From Escherichia coli (lineage in GTDB: Bacteria > Pseudomonadota > Gammaproteobacteria > Enterobacterales > Enterobacteriaceae), in assembly GCF_003018255.1 (NCBI RefSeq), contig NZ_CP027440.1: a stretch of DNA of 64,000 nt. One strand, 5' to 3'. Shown here in pieces: positions 41,849 to 53,690 of this stretch (the stretch's first letter is position 1; the number at the start of each line of letters is the position of its first letter). The notes under the pieces are model-generated. The model was given only the letters and a program-made list of their open reading frames with translations, was not told the DNA's origin and searched no databases. Position numbers and translations under genes: made by a program.

Positions 41849-42799
41849 CCCCTGCATCGCCCGCATTCTTGCCGCATCTTCCCCCGGCGTCACACCGAAG
41901 TAACGTTTAAACTCACGGCTAAATTGCGATGCGCTTTCATAGCCGACGCGCATCGCCGCCGCGCTGGCCTTCATGCCGTCGTGGATGATCATCATCCGCG
42001 CCTTATGCAGACGGTAATTCTTCAAATACTGCAACGGCGAGGTGCTGGTGACAGACTTAAAATTATGGTGGAACGCCGATACGCTCATGTTGGCTTCTGC
42101 CGCCAGTTGCTCGACGCTCAGGTTTTCGGTGTATTTATTCTCAATCCGTTTCAGCACGCGACTAATCAGGCTGAAGTGAGTCTGGCGGCTGACCAGTGCC
42201 AGTAACGCGCCGCCGCAAGGTCCGGTCAGCACGTAGTACAGAATTTCGCGGATGATCTGTTTGCCGAGAATACGCGCATCCAGCGGTCGCTCCATCACAT
42301 CCAGTAACCGCTCTGCCGCGCATAAAATCTCTTCTGATAACGTGGCGGAGTTAATACCGCTGGCTGCCATTGACGGCTGAAAATGTTCATCTTCGCCAAT
42401 GTCCATCAACAGTTCCTGTAACTGCAAAATATCGACATTGAGACGCAACCCTGCCAGCGGCACCTCTGACGTGGCATAGGTTTCGCACTCAAACGGCAAC
42501 GGCACCGTCAGCAGGAGATATTCATTAGCGTCATAACGAAACACGCGTTCATTGATATAACCGATTTTATGTCCGGAAAAGAGAATTATGATGCCAGGCT
42601 CGTACATCACCGGTGTGCGTGCGAAAGGCGTCTCGCCATACAACAAACGCACATCGGGCAACAGCTCTGACAAACTATTTTCTTTATTTTTCAGTTTATT
42701 AACTTTATCCGCCAGCAAGCGGCAAATCTCTTCACGTTTCATATCGCGTAATTTCTTAGGAATAATGCGGCAATTTGATTGTGCGCAATTTTGTAGCAT
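41843..42799 (-). CDS. yqhC: AraC-family transcriptional activator, 318 aa
   Basis: Track ORF trimmed to [13 protein letters not shown]...; C-terminal AraC HTH. Confidence 0.9.
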   Translation of the reverse strand: MLQNCAQSNCRIIPKKLRDMKREEICRLLADKVNKLKNKENSLSELLPDVRLLYGETPFARTPVMYEPGIIILFSGHKIGYINERVFRYDANEYLLLTVPLPFECETYATSEVPLAGLRLNVDILQLQELLMDIGEDEHFQPSMAASGINSATLSEEILCAAERLLDVMERPLDARILGKQIIREILYYVLTGPCGGALLALVSRQTHFSLISRVLKRIENKYTENLSVEQLAAEANMSVSAFHHNFKSVTSTSPLQYLKNYRLHKARMMIIHDGMKASAAAMRVGYESASQFSREFKRYFGVTPGEDAARMRAMQGN

Positions 42800-42935
42800 T
42801 TCTCCAGCACTCTGGAGAAATAGGCAAGACATTGGCAGAAATGAGCATTGAGAGGTACGGCGCTGGCGACCACAATGAAAAACATCAGGCAGACCGATCT
42901 CTGCCCTCATATTGACCCAGCAAAGGGAGCAAGTA
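42800..42935. promoter_or_regulatory. Divergent yqhC / yqhD-dkgA control region
   Basis: Intergenic interval between divergent starts; YqhC control of yqhD is established K-12 biology. Confidence 0.4.
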
Positions 42936-44099
42936 ATGAACAACTTTAATCTGCACACCCCAACCCGCATTCTGTTTGGTAAAGGCGCAATCGCTGGTTT
43001 ACGCGAACAAATTCCTCACGATGCTCGCGTATTGATTACCTACGGCGGCGGCAGCGTGAAAAAAACCGGCGTTCTCGATCAAGTTCTGGATACCCTGAAA
43101 GGCATGGACGTGCTGGAATTTGGCGGTATTGAACCAAACCCGGCTTATGAAACGCTGATGAACGCCGTGAAACTGGTTCGCGAACAAAAAGTGACTTTTC
43201 TGCTGGCGGTTGGCGGCGGTTCTGTACTGGACGGCACCAAATTTATCGCCGCAGCGGCTAACTATCCGGAAAATATCGATCCGTGGCACATTCTGCAAAC
43301 GGGCGGCAAAGAGATTAAAAGCGCCATCCCGATGGGCTGTGTGCTGACGCTGCCAGCAACCGGTTCAGAATCCAACGCAGGCGCGGTGATCTCCCGTAAA
43401 ACCACAGGCGACAAGCAGGCGTTCCATTCTGCCCATGTTCAGCCCGTATTTGCCGTGCTCGATCCGGTTTATACCTACACCCTGCCGTCGCGTCAGGTGG
43501 CTAACGGCGTAGTGGACGCCTTTGTACACACCGTGGAACAGTATGTTACCAAACCGGTTGATGCCAAAATTCAGGACCGTTTCGCAGAAGGCATTTTGCT
43601 GACGCTGATCGAAGATGGTCCGAAAGCCCTGAAAGAGCCAGAAAACTACGATGTGCGCGCCAACGTCATGTGGGCGGCGACTCAGGCGCTGAACGGTTTG
43701 ATCGGCGCTGGCGTACCGCAGGACTGGGCAACGCATATGCTGGGCCACGAACTGACTGCGATGCACGGTCTGGATCACGCGCAAACACTGGCTATCGTCC
43801 TGCCTGCACTGTGGAATGAAAAACGCGATACCAAGCGCGCTAAGCTGCTGCAATATGCTGAACGCGTCTGGAACATCACTGAAGGTTCAGACGATGAGCG
43901 TATTGACGCCGCGATTGCCGCAACCCGCAATTTCTTTGAGCAATTAGGCGTGCCGACCCACCTCTCCGACTACGGTCTGGACGGCAGCTCCATCCCGGCT
44001 TTGCTGAAAAAACTGGAAGAGCACGGCATGACCCAACTGGGCGAAAATCATGACATTACGCTGGATGTCAGCCGCCGTATATACGAAGCCGCCCGCTAA
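42936..44099 (+). CDS. yqhD: NADPH-dependent aldehyde reductase (iron-containing alcohol dehydrogenase family), 387 aa
   Basis: Trimmed to [17 protein letters not shown]... Confidence 0.95.
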   Translation: MNNFNLHTPTRILFGKGAIAGLREQIPHDARVLITYGGGSVKKTGVLDQVLDTLKGMDVLEFGGIEPNPAYETLMNAVKLVREQKVTFLLAVGGGSVLDGTKFIAAAANYPENIDPWHILQTGGKEIKSAIPMGCVLTLPATGSESNAGAVISRKTTGDKQAFHSAHVQPVFAVLDPVYTYTLPSRQVANGVVDAFVHTVEQYVTKPVDAKIQDRFAEGILLTLIEDGPKALKEPENYDVRANVMWAATQALNGLIGAGVPQDWATHMLGHELTAMHGLDHAQTLAIVLPALWNEKRDTKRAKLLQYAERVWNITEGSDDERIDAAIAATRNFFEQLGVPTHLSDYGLDGSSIPALLKKLEEHGMTQLGENHDITLDVSRRIYEAAR

Positions 44100-44203
44100 G
44101 CTTTTTACGCCTCAAACTTTCGTTTTCGGGCATTTCGTCCAGACTTAAGTTCACAACACCTCACCGGAGCCTGCTCCGGTGAGTTCATATAAAGGAGGAA
44201 CGT

Positions 44204-45031
44204 ATGGCTAATCCAACCGTTATTAAGCTACAGGATGGCAATGTCATGCCCCAGCTGGGACTGGGCGTCTGGCAAGCAAGTAATGAGGAAGTAATCACCG
44301 CCATTCAAAAAGCGTTAGAAGTGGGTTATCGCTCGATTGATACCGCCGCGGCCTACAAGAACGAAGAAGGTGTCGGCAAAGCCCTGAAAAATGCCTCAGT
44401 CAACAGAGAAGAGCTGTTCATCACCACTAAGCTGTGGAACGACGACCACAAGCGCCCCCGCGAAGCCCTGCTCGACAGCCTGAAAAAACTCCAGCTTGAT
44501 TATATCGACCTCTATTTAATGCACTGGCCCGTTCCCGCTATCGACCATTATGTCGAAGCATGGAAAGGCATGATCGAATTGCAAAAAGAGGGATTAATCA
44601 AAAGCATCGGCGTGTGCAACTTCCAGATCCATCACCTGCAACGCCTGATTGATGAAACTGGCGTGACGCCTGTTATTAATCAGATCGAACTTCACCCGCT
44701 GATGCAACAACGCCAGCTACATGCCTGGAACGCGACACACAAAATCCAGACCGAATCCTGGAGTCCATTAGCGCAAGGTGGGAAAGGTGTTTTCGATCAG
44801 AAAGTCATTCGCGATCTGGCAGATAAATACGGCAAAACACCTGCGCAGATTGTTATCCGCTGGCATCTGGATAGCGGCCTGGTGGTGATCCCAAAATCGG
44901 TCACACCTTCACGCATTGTCGAAAACTTTGATGTCTGGGATTTCCGTCTCGACAAAGACGAACTTGGCGAAATTGCAAAACTCGATCAGGGCAAGCGTCT
45001 CGGCCCCGATCCTGACCAGTTCGGCGGCTAA
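44204..45031 (+). CDS. dkgA: 2,5-diketo-D-gluconate / methylglyoxal reductase (aldo-keto reductase), 275 aa
   Basis: Length and position after yqhD. Confidence 0.95.
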   Translation: MANPTVIKLQDGNVMPQLGLGVWQASNEEVITAIQKALEVGYRSIDTAAAYKNEEGVGKALKNASVNREELFITTKLWNDDHKRPREALLDSLKKLQLDYIDLYLMHWPVPAIDHYVEAWKGMIELQKEGLIKSIGVCNFQIHHLQRLIDETGVTPVINQIELHPLMQQRQLHAWNATHKIQTESWSPLAQGGKGVFDQKVIRDLADKYGKTPAQIVIRWHLDSGLVVIPKSVTPSRIVENFDVWDFRLDKDELGEIAKLDQGKRLGPDPDQFGG

Positions 45032-45043
45032 CGTGCAAATTCT

Positions 45044-45080
45044 CCCGGTGGCGGTAATGTTCCGCTACCGGACTTTTCAG
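45044..45080 (+). terminator. Hairpin downstream of dkgA
   Basis: Stem ccggtggcgg...ccgctaccgg followed by acttttcag. Confidence 0.45.
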
Positions 45081-45230
45081 AAATCATTTATTCCCCTCGC
45101 GTCCTGCCCATTGTTACTCTTCCTTGTTCAGGAATGCCAAATATAAGGACATCATCATGCAGAGCCGGAAGCTCTTAAAGGAACAACTCATCTACACCCG
45201 GGATAAACGCAACGGAGAGGTGAAAAACAG

Positions 45231-46157
45231 ATGAAAATAATACTTCTGTTTTTAGCAGCCCTGGCAAGTTTTACCGTACACGCGCAGCCTCCTTCACAGA
45301 CCGTAGAACAAACAGTCCGGCAGATTTATCAGAACTATAAATCAGATGCCAGTACGCCTTATTTTGGTGAAACCGGAGAGCGAGCGATAACTTCTGCGCG
45401 TATTCAACAGGCGCTTACCCTGAACGACAATCTTACGCTGCCGGGCAATATTGGCTGGCTGGATTATGATCCGGTTTGTGATTGTCAGGATTTTGGCGAT
45501 CTGGTGTTAGAAAGCGTAGCGATAACCCAACCTGACGCCGATCATGCCGATGCCGTTGTGCGCTTTCGTATCTTTAAAGACGATAAAGAAAAGACCACGC
45601 AGACACTGAAAATGGTGGCGGAAAATGGTCGTTGGGTCATTGACGATATTGTCAGCAATCATGGCAGCGTCTTACAAGCAGTTAATAGCGAGAATGAAAA
45701 AACGCTGGCCGCTATAGCTTCGTTGCAAAAAGAACAGCCGGAAGCCTTTGTTGCCGAACTCTTTGAACATATTGCTGATTATAGCTGGCCGTGGACGTGG
45801 GTGGTTTCCGACTCTTACCGCCAGGCGGTCAATGCCTTCTATAAAACCACCTTCAAGACTACCAACAATCCCGATGAAGATATGCGAATAGAACGGCAAT
45901 TTATTTACGACAATCCGATCTGTTTTGGCGAAGAGTCGCTATTTTCACGCGTTGATGAAATTCGAGTCCTGGAGAAAACCGCCGATTCCGCCCGCATTCA
46001 TGTTCGTTTTACGCTGACCAATGGCAACAATGAAGAGCAAGAACTGGTTTTACAGCGGCGCGAAGGTAAGTGGGAAATCGCTGATTTTATCCGCCCGAAT
46101 AGCGGTAGCCTACTTAAGCAGATTGAGGCAAAAACCGCCGCCAGATTAAAGCAATGA
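45231..46157 (+). CDS. yqhG: Periplasmic protein YqhG (signal peptide), 308 aa
   Basis: Length, N-terminal signal peptide, position. Confidence 0.88.
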   Translation: MKIILLFLAALASFTVHAQPPSQTVEQTVRQIYQNYKSDASTPYFGETGERAITSARIQQALTLNDNLTLPGNIGWLDYDPVCDCQDFGDLVLESVAITQPDADHADAVVRFRIFKDDKEKTTQTLKMVAENGRWVIDDIVSNHGSVLQAVNSENEKTLAAIASLQKEQPEAFVAELFEHIADYSWPWTWVVSDSYRQAVNAFYKTTFKTTNNPDEDMRIERQFIYDNPICFGEESLFSRVDEIRVLEKTADSARIHVRFTLTNGNNEEQELVLQRREGKWEIADFIRPNSGSLLKQIEAKTAARLKQ

Positions 46158-46207
46158 GCTGAGTTAAATAACAATTAGCCGGAACAATAAATAAAAGGGA
46201 ACACTAT

Positions 46208-46465
46208 ATGAAAACGATTTTCACCGTGGGAGCTGTTGTTCTGGCAACCTGCTTGCTCAGTGGCTGCGTCAATGAGCAAAAGGTCAATCAGCTGGCGAGC
46301 AATGTGCAAACATTAAATGCCAAAATCGCCCGGCTTGAGCAGGATATGAAAGCATTACGCCCACAAATCTATGCTGCCAAATCCGACGCTAACAGAGCCA
46401 ATACGCGTCTTGATGCTCAGGACTATTTTGATTGCCTGCGCTGCTTGCGTATGTACGCAGAATGA
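46208..46465 (+). CDS. yqhH: Lipoprotein YqhH (Lpp-like), 85 aa
   Basis: Lipobox LLSGC; length and position. Confidence 0.88.
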   Translation: MKTIFTVGAVVLATCLLSGCVNEQKVNQLASNVQTLNAKIARLEQDMKALRPQIYAAKSDANRANTRLDAQDYFDCLRCLRMYAE

Positions 46466-46469
46466 TAAA

Positions 46470-46508
46470 AAAATTCCCGGCAGCATTCTGTTACCGGGGA
46501 TATTTTTT
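46470..46508. terminator. Hairpin with T-run between yqhH and ygiQ
   Basis: Stem cccggcag...taccgggg followed by atatttttt. Confidence 0.5.
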
Positions 46509-48726
46509 AACGTCCAACCGCCGCTTTAGGGCGTTTCTTCGCACCAGCATTCTGCAGGCGAGATTGCGTAGACGACGCTTTTTTTGCCGTAGCAGGCGTC
46601 TGACGCTGGGTCGCCATCGGCGTATGTTTAGTCAACGCCGGACGGGTATTGCGGTTCTGGCGACGAGCCTCACGCATCTCTTCAATGGTTGGCGCAGGCA
46701 CTAAGCAATCGCGACGGCTGCCAATCAGATGCTTTTTGCCCATCGCTTCCAGCGCCTGGCGGATTAACGGCCAGTTTGCCGGATCGTGGTAACGCAACAA
46801 CGCTTTATGCAGGCGACGCTGCTTGTCGCCCTTCGGTACAAAGACGTCTTCACTTTTATAACCAATCTTCGCCAGCGGGTTTTTGCCGGTGTAATACATA
46901 GTGGTCGAGTTAGCCAGCGGCGACGGGTAGAAGTTCTGTACCTGGTCGAGGCGGAAGCGGTGCTTTTTCAGCCACAGCGCCAGATTCACCATATCTTCAT
47001 CGCGCGTACCCGGGTGCGCGGAGATGAAATACGGGATCAGATACTGTTCTTTACCTGCCTGTTTCGAGTAAGTATCGAACAGCTCTTTAAAGCGGTCATA
47101 GCTGCCCATGCCCGGCTTCATCATCTTCGATAACGGCCCTTCTTCGGTATGTTCCGGGGCAATCTTCAGATAACCGCCAACGTGATGGGTCGCCAGCTCT
47201 TTGATATAGCGCGGATCTTCTACGGCGATGTCATAACGCACACCAGAGGCAATCAGGATCTTTTTAATGCCTTTCAGATCGCGCGCACGGCGATAGAGGT
47301 TAATCGTCGGTTCGTGGTTAGTGTCCATATGCGGACAAATATCCGGATAAACGCACGACAAACGACGGCAGGTTTGCTCAGCGCGTGGCGATTTGCAACG
47401 CAACATATACATGTTGGCAGTAGGCCCACCGAGATCGGAAATCACACCCGTAAAACCTGGAACAGTGTCGCGGATCGCTTCGATCTCATTAATAATCGAA
47501 TCTTCGGAACGGCTCTGAATAATGCGCCCTTCGTGCTCGGTAATAGAACAGAAAGAGCAGCCGCCAAAGCAGCCACGCATAATGTTGACCGAGAAACGAA
47601 TCATTTCGTAAGCCGGAATTCGGGCATTACCGTAAGCCGGATGCGGCACGCGCTTGTACGGCAGCGCAAAGACGCTATCCATCTCTTCGGTAGAAAGCGG
47701 AATAGCAGGCGGGTTGATCCATACATAGCGGTCGCCATGTTTTTGCATCAATGCGCGGGCGCAGCCTGGGTTAGTTTCGTGGTGAAGAATGCGCGAAGCA
47801 TGGGCGTACAGCACTTTATCGCCCTTCACTTTCTCGAAAGAAGGCAGCAACACGTAGGTTTTTTCCCACGGTTTCGGGCGCGGCGGCTGCACGGTTACGG
47901 CTTTCGCTTCCTGCTTTTTCGGCGCAACAGGTTTGTTATCCGCGCACGGCAGATCTTCGCCATACGGATGCGGGATCGGGTCGATTTTCCCAGGAGTATC
48001 AAGACGGGTGGAATCCACGCCGCTCCAGCCTGGCAACGCCTCTTTTACGATAATCGCGGTATTACGCACATCGCGGATTTCACTAATCGGCTCGCCCATC
48101 GCCAGACGATGCGCCACTTCCACCAGCGGACGCTCACCGTTACCGAACATCAGCATGTCGGCTTTCGAATCCACCAGCACGGAACGGCGCACGGTATCGG
48201 ACCAGTAATCATAATGCGCGGTACGGCGCAGACTTGCCTCAATACCGCCGAGGATCACCGGTACATCTTTCCACGCCTCTTTACAACGCTGGGTATAAAC
48301 CAGTGTGGCGCGATCCGGTCGCTTACCCGCGACGTTATCCGGCGTGTAGGCATCGTCATGACGTAAACGGCGATCGGCGGTATAGCGGTTGATCATCGAG
48401 TCCATGTTGCCAGCAGTAACACCGAAAAACAGATTCGGTTTACCCAGACGCATAAAGTCGTCTTTGCTGCTCCAGTCCGGTTGGGCAATGATCCCGACAC
48501 GAAAGCCCTGCGCTTCCAGCATACGACCGCAAATCGCCATCCCGAAGCTTGGGTGATCGACATACGCGTCGCCAGTAACCAAAATGATGTCGCAGCTATC
48601 CCAGCCAAGTTGATCCATCTCTTCACGAGACATCGGCAAAAACGGTGCCGGTCCAAAACAGGCGGCCCAGTACTGCGGCCAGGAGAACAGGTCGCGATCC
48701 GGTTGGATCAGGGAGATAGAGCTCAT
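46507..48726 (-). CDS. ygiQ: Radical SAM superfamily protein, 739 aa
   Basis: CxxxCxxC motif (CFGGCSFC); length matches. Confidence 0.92.
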   Translation of the reverse strand: MSSISLIQPDRDLFSWPQYWAACFGPAPFLPMSREEMDQLGWDSCDIILVTGDAYVDHPSFGMAICGRMLEAQGFRVGIIAQPDWSSKDDFMRLGKPNLFFGVTAGNMDSMINRYTADRRLRHDDAYTPDNVAGKRPDRATLVYTQRCKEAWKDVPVILGGIEASLRRTAHYDYWSDTVRRSVLVDSKADMLMFGNGERPLVEVAHRLAMGEPISEIRDVRNTAIIVKEALPGWSGVDSTRLDTPGKIDPIPHPYGEDLPCADNKPVAPKKQEAKAVTVQPPRPKPWEKTYVLLPSFEKVKGDKVLYAHASRILHHETNPGCARALMQKHGDRYVWINPPAIPLSTEEMDSVFALPYKRVPHPAYGNARIPAYEMIRFSVNIMRGCFGGCSFCSITEHEGRIIQSRSEDSIINEIEAIRDTVPGFTGVISDLGGPTANMYMLRCKSPRAEQTCRRLSCVYPDICPHMDTNHEPTINLYRRARDLKGIKKILIASGVRYDIAVEDPRYIKELATHHVGGYLKIAPEHTEEGPLSKMMKPGMGSYDRFKELFDTYSKQAGKEQYLIPYFISAHPGTRDEDMVNLALWLKKHRFRLDQVQNFYPSPLANSTTMYYTGKNPLAKIGYKSEDVFVPKGDKQRRLHKALLRYHDPANWPLIRQALEAMGKKHLIGSRRDCLVPAPTIEEMREARRQNRNTRPALTKHTPMATQRQTPATAKKASSTQSRLQNAGAKKRPKAAVGR

Positions 48727-48807
48727 TTTGCTTCCAGAAATGATAAAAAAATAATCAAAGGCCGGGGATTATAAGCCGGAACGAAAGAGAAATCGAAAGG
48801 TATTCCA

Positions 48808-48830
48808 TACTCGCCCTCCTCGGGCGAGTA
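48808..48830 (-). terminator. Hairpin immediately downstream of ftsP
   Basis: Stem tactcgccc / gggcgagta with tcct loop. Confidence 0.5.
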
Positions 48831-48836
48831 TGAAGA

Positions 48837-50249
48837 TTACGGTACCGGATTGACCAACAGTTGCCCTATCGAGCCACGGTCCGCCATTTCCAGCGTCTGA
48901 CTGTTGAAGTAGAACGGGAAGTGCGCCCAGGAAGGCTGACCGAAATAAACCAGCAGCTCCACTTGTCCGTCAACCCAAACGGTATCTTTCCAGCCTCTGT
49001 CTTCCGGGAACGGCATCGCGCCATTCACGTTACGGATCTGGAACATCACGCCTTCAATATGGAACGCTTGCGGCTCGTCCGCGCGTACCGTCCAGCGTTC
49101 CCACGTTCCTTGCTGCGCGGTGACATCAATACGGTTGACGTCCCACAGTTGTCCATTAATACCCGGGTCATCACCCAGACTGATATCGCGACTGCGAATC
49201 GGCGAACCGGCCATGATTTCAGTTGGCAGCAGGCGCATCGGAAGACTGTCTGTGACCAGCGGCAGAAGGCCGGTTGGGCGCAGCGTTAGCACCAGGGTAG
49301 AAACCAGAATGCTGGATGGCTCAAAGAAGCCGCGAATACGATCAACAATGCTCGCCGCTTCACCACAGGTGATCGACACTTCATCACCGTTGCTCATATC
49401 CACCAGAATCTCGCGGCGCTCGCCCGGTGCCAGCGAAAGTTGCTTCACCGATACAGGAGCGGGCAGGAATCCCTGATCGCCAGAAATCACATGTAACGGG
49501 CGACCATCGCTCATCTGTAGTTGATAGCGACGAGAGTTCGACGCGTTCAACAGACGCAAGCGCACCCAGCCACGCGAGACTTCAACGTACGGGCTTTGTA
49601 CACCGTTAACCAGCAGCGTATCACCAACAAAGCCGCCGCTTCCCGGTTCGTTATATTCCGGCGTACCAAAGTTATCCAGCCGTTTATCCTGAATAATGAC
49701 CGGAAAATCATCCACACCATAATGGTTGGGGATAGGCAGCGATTTGCTGACTTCATCTTCCACCAGCCACATTCCGGCAAGGCCGTTATAGACCTGCTGA
49801 GCCGTGCGGTTGGGAGTATTGGCGTGATACCACAGAGTAGCTGCGTTCTGGCGAATGGGCAGTACGGGTGCCCAGTCAGCGTTTGGCGACATCATCCGTG
49901 CCGGACCGCCCATCAGCGGGCCAGGTACCTGTAGCCCGGCCACCGTCATTGAGACATTTTCTGTCAGGCGATTGCTGTAAATAAGCTTAACATCGTCGCC
50001 CTTCCAGACGCGGATAGTCGGCCCCAGGTAACGACCATTGATTCCCCAAACCGATGCGCGTGTCCCTGGCGTAAATGACCAGTGCGCACGTTGTACAGTC
50101 ATAAACAGCGGTTGCCCACGGCGAGATTCAAGCAGCGGCGGAACGGGTAGCGGTTGCTGTTGCCCGGCTGCGCTGGCCTTCAGGGGAACAGCGCCTGCAC
50201 AAAGTGCAATCCCCGATGCCTGAATGAACTGACGCCGACTGAGTGACAT
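48837..50249 (-). CDS. ftsP: Cell-division multicopper-oxidase-like protein FtsP (SufI), 470 aa
   Basis: Tat signal (RRQFIQASG); length matches. Confidence 0.95.
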   Translation of the reverse strand: MSLSRRQFIQASGIALCAGAVPLKASAAGQQQPLPVPPLLESRRGQPLFMTVQRAHWSFTPGTRASVWGINGRYLGPTIRVWKGDDVKLIYSNRLTENVSMTVAGLQVPGPLMGGPARMMSPNADWAPVLPIRQNAATLWYHANTPNRTAQQVYNGLAGMWLVEDEVSKSLPIPNHYGVDDFPVIIQDKRLDNFGTPEYNEPGSGGFVGDTLLVNGVQSPYVEVSRGWVRLRLLNASNSRRYQLQMSDGRPLHVISGDQGFLPAPVSVKQLSLAPGERREILVDMSNGDEVSITCGEAASIVDRIRGFFEPSSILVSTLVLTLRPTGLLPLVTDSLPMRLLPTEIMAGSPIRSRDISLGDDPGINGQLWDVNRIDVTAQQGTWERWTVRADEPQAFHIEGVMFQIRNVNGAMPFPEDRGWKDTVWVDGQVELLVYFGQPSWAHFPFYFNSQTLEMADRGSIGQLLVNPVP

Positions 50250-50323
50250 ATTTGCTCCATGTAAAACTGGCTAAAGTAATACCGTGCAGGAAAGTGTTCC
50301 CCGCAAAAATACAGATTGCCGAC

Positions 50324-51061
50324 TTAAACTTTTCCGGCGGCTTCGCGCTCTGCGACTTCTTTATCGAGCTCAGCGATTTTTTGTTCCATTATCGAACGAC
50401 AATGGGCAGCCAACTCGCGAACCTGATCTTTGCCATACTGACTGACGTCAATTGGCGGCAGCATTTCGACAATCACCAGACCGTTGTGTAGCCGATTAAG
50501 ATTAATCTTATTCGAAGTTGTAGAGACGCACACGGGAATAATCGGGACGCCCGCCGCAATTGCCGCGTGAAATGCCCCGGTCTTGAACGGCAGCAGGCCG
50601 CGACCACGGCTGCGGGTTCCTTCCGGGAACATCCAGATGGAAATACGGCGTTTTTTGAAGTGATTCACGACTTCCGCAATAGTGCCGTGAGCTTTAGTGC
50701 GATTGTTTCTGTCGATCAATAAGTTGCCGGTTAACCAGTACAACTGCCCGAAGAAGGGGATCCACAGCAAGCTCTTTTTCCCTACCGTCACTGTCGGCGG
50801 CTGCACAATGTTCGATGCCGTCACCATGTCATAATTGTTCTGGTGGTTAGCAATATAGATAGCATTTCCGTAGCTTTCAGCATCCGCAGGTTTGCGGCAC
50901 TCAACTTTCAGGCCGAACAGCGGTGCAAGACGGCCAAACATATGCCCAAAGGTGGCCACATGTTTCGGGTTACGCGGGCTGAAAAGGCAGTAAATGGAGC
51001 CGAATACACAGACTAAGATGCTGTAAATCACGGTAATAATAAGACGAAAGATATATAGCAT
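50324..51061 (-). CDS. plsC: 1-acyl-sn-glycerol-3-phosphate acyltransferase, 245 aa
   Basis: HxxxxD acyltransferase motif (NHQNNYD); length matches. Confidence 0.95.
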   Translation of the reverse strand: MLYIFRLIITVIYSILVCVFGSIYCLFSPRNPKHVATFGHMFGRLAPLFGLKVECRKPADAESYGNAIYIANHQNNYDMVTASNIVQPPTVTVGKKSLLWIPFFGQLYWLTGNLLIDRNNRTKAHGTIAEVVNHFKKRRISIWMFPEGTRSRGRGLLPFKTGAFHAAIAAGVPIIPVCVSTTSNKINLNRLHNGLVIVEMLPPIDVSQYGKDQVRELAAHCRSIMEQKIAELDKEVAEREAAGKV

Positions 51062-51294
51062 AACACCCTCTGAAGGTCTGAGAGACTGGCATTGTACGTC
51101 ACCTGAAATCAGGTTAGGGCATTGTTAAAAGCCGCTCTCTGGAAAAGCGTATTGTTAATCGCAACGCATGAATAAACAACGGTTTCAAGGGAATTTTTAT
51201 CGTTTCCGGGGGTTGAATACGCTGCCGGATGACGACTTAACGTTTCATCCGGCGTTCCTTGCAAGCGGGAGGAAACAGCGCCCTCCCCGGCATA

Positions 51295-53553
51295 TTACTC
51301 TTCGCTATCACCGCTGCTGGCACGGCGAGGAGAGTCGATCTCAACACGATCGATACGCTGCAAACCGCGCATCAACGTACCGCGGCGTCCACGTTCGCCA
51401 GCGACTTTCTGTAGCTCTTCCGGACGCAGTTTAATTTTGCGTTTCCCAACATGAATGGTCAGCGTGCTTTGCGGCGGCAGAACGTACAGTTGCGCAAGAC
51501 CATCCTCGCCACGCGCGGCTTCTGCCGATGGAATGTTGATAATCTTGTTGCCTTTGCCCTTCGACAGCTGCGGCAGATCGCTTACCGGGAACATCAACAT
51601 ACGGCCTGCCTGAGTGATTGCCAGCAGCATATCGGAAGCATCTTCAATCACCACCGGCGGCATAACATGGGCATTTTCCGGTAAGGTGATCAAAGCCTTA
51701 CCTGCACGGTTACGCGCCACCAGATCGTTAAAGGTGCAGACGAAACCGTAACCCGCATCGGAAGCCATCAGCAGTTTCTGATCGTCGCTTTCCATCAGCA
51801 TATGGTCAACGGTCGCTCCAGGCGGCAACGTTAATTTGCCGGTGAGCGGCTCACCCTGACCACGCGCCGACGGCAGCGTAATCGGGTCGATGGCATAGCT
51901 ACGACCGGTGGAATCAACAAACACTACCGGTTGGTTGCTCTTACCTTTCACCGCCGCTTTGAAGCTATCGCCCGCTTTATAATTCAGGCCCGGCGCGTCA
52001 ATATCATGGCCTTTAGCGCTGCGCACCCAGCCCATCTGCGACAGCACAATGGTGACAGGTTCAGACGGCAGCATGTCGTGCTCGCTCATTGCTTTCGCTT
52101 CTTCGCGTTCCTGCAACGGCGAACGACGTTCGTCACCGTAGGCTTGCGCGTCTGCCTGCAGTTCTTTCTTCAGCAGGTTATTCATTTTACGCTCGGAAGC
52201 CAAAATGCCCTGCAACTGGTCGCGCTCTTTTTCCAGCTCACTCTGCTCACCGCGAATCTTCATCTCTTCCAGTTTGGCAAGATGACGCAGTTTCAGTTCG
52301 AGGATCGCTTCCGCCTGGGTTTCAGTAAGGCCAAACCGCGACATCAGCGCCGGTTTCGGTTCATCTTCATTACGAATGATCTCAATCACTTCGTCGATAT
52401 TGAGAAACGCCACCAGCAAACCTTCGAGGATATGCAGGCGCTTGAGGACTTTCTCCAGACGATAGTTCAGTCGGCGGCGCACGGTATCGCGGCGGAACAC
52501 CAGCCATTCGGAGAGGATTTCCAGCAGGTTTTTCACCGCCGGACGACCATCCAGACCGATCATATTGAGGTTAATGCGATAGCTCTTTTCCAGATCGGTG
52601 GTAGCAAAGAGGTGGTTCATCACCTGATCCATATCCACGCGGTTGGAACGCGGCACAATCACCAGACGGGTCGGGTTCTCGTGGTCAGATTCATCGCGCA
52701 GATCGTCAACCATCGGCAGCTTTTTGTTGCGCATTTGCGCAGCAATTTGCTCCAGTACGCGCGCACCTGAAACCTGATGCGGCAATGCGCTGATAACCAC
52801 CGCGCCATCTTCTTTCTTCCAAACCGCGCGCATACGCACTGAACCACGTCCGTTCTCGTAGATTTTACGAATCTCGGCGCGCGAAGTGATAATTTCCGCT
52901 TCAGTCGGATAATCCGGCCCCTGCACGATATCCAGCAGCTGATCGAGCGTGGTTTTCGGCTGGTCGATTAATGCGATTGCCGCCTGAGCCACTTCACGCA
53001 GGTTATGCGGTGGAATATCGGTCGCCATGCCGACGGCAATACCGGTGGTGCCGTTAAGCAAAATGTTTGGCAGACGGGCAGGCAGCATTTTCGGCTCCTG
53101 CAAAGTGCCGTCGAAGTTTGGCACCCAGTCAGCCGTCCCCTGCCCCAGCTCGCTCAATAGCAGCTCGGAATATTTCGACAACCGGGATTCGGTGTAACGC
53201 ATTGCCGCGAACGATTTCGGATCGTCCGGCGCGCCCCAGTTCCCCTGACCATCAACCAGCGGATAACGGTAAGAGAACGGCTGCGCCATCAGGACCATCG
53301 CTTCATAACAGGCACTATCGCCGTGCGGATGGTATTTACCCAGTACGTCACCGACGGTACGGGCCGATTTTTTAAATTTGGCGCTGGCATTCAGGCCCAG
53401 CTCAGACATCGCATACACAATGCGGCGCTGAACAGGTTTCAGACCATCACCAATAAACGGCAACGCACGGTCCATGATCACGTACATGGAGTAGTTTAAG
53501 TAGGCGTTTTCCGTAAATTCATGTAGCGCAAGGCGCTCTGCCATATCGCTCAT
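51295..53553 (-). CDS. parC: DNA topoisomerase IV subunit A, 752 aa
   Basis: Length and sequence recognition. Confidence 0.96.
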
Positions 53554-53690
53554 TAATTCTGATTCCTCAACTTATTCGCCAGCCTTCAAAGGGGCAATAT
53601 TGCCGGAGATACTACATTATCTGCCGCGTCGAGTCACAGGAGATCAGCGTGAATAGCGCCGCCGGACGTGCTCCGGCGGCGATAAAGGCA

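Noticed and set aside
47149-48366. 405-aa plus-strand ORF
   Set aside because: Entirely antisense inside ygiQ; shadow ORF.
51931-52770. 279-aa plus-strand ORF
   Set aside because: Antisense within parC; shadow ORF.
53656-53681. GC-rich inverted repeat (cgccgccgga...ccggcggcg) downstream of ygiS
   Set aside because: No adjacent U-tract on the relevant strand; not confidently a terminator or REP unit.
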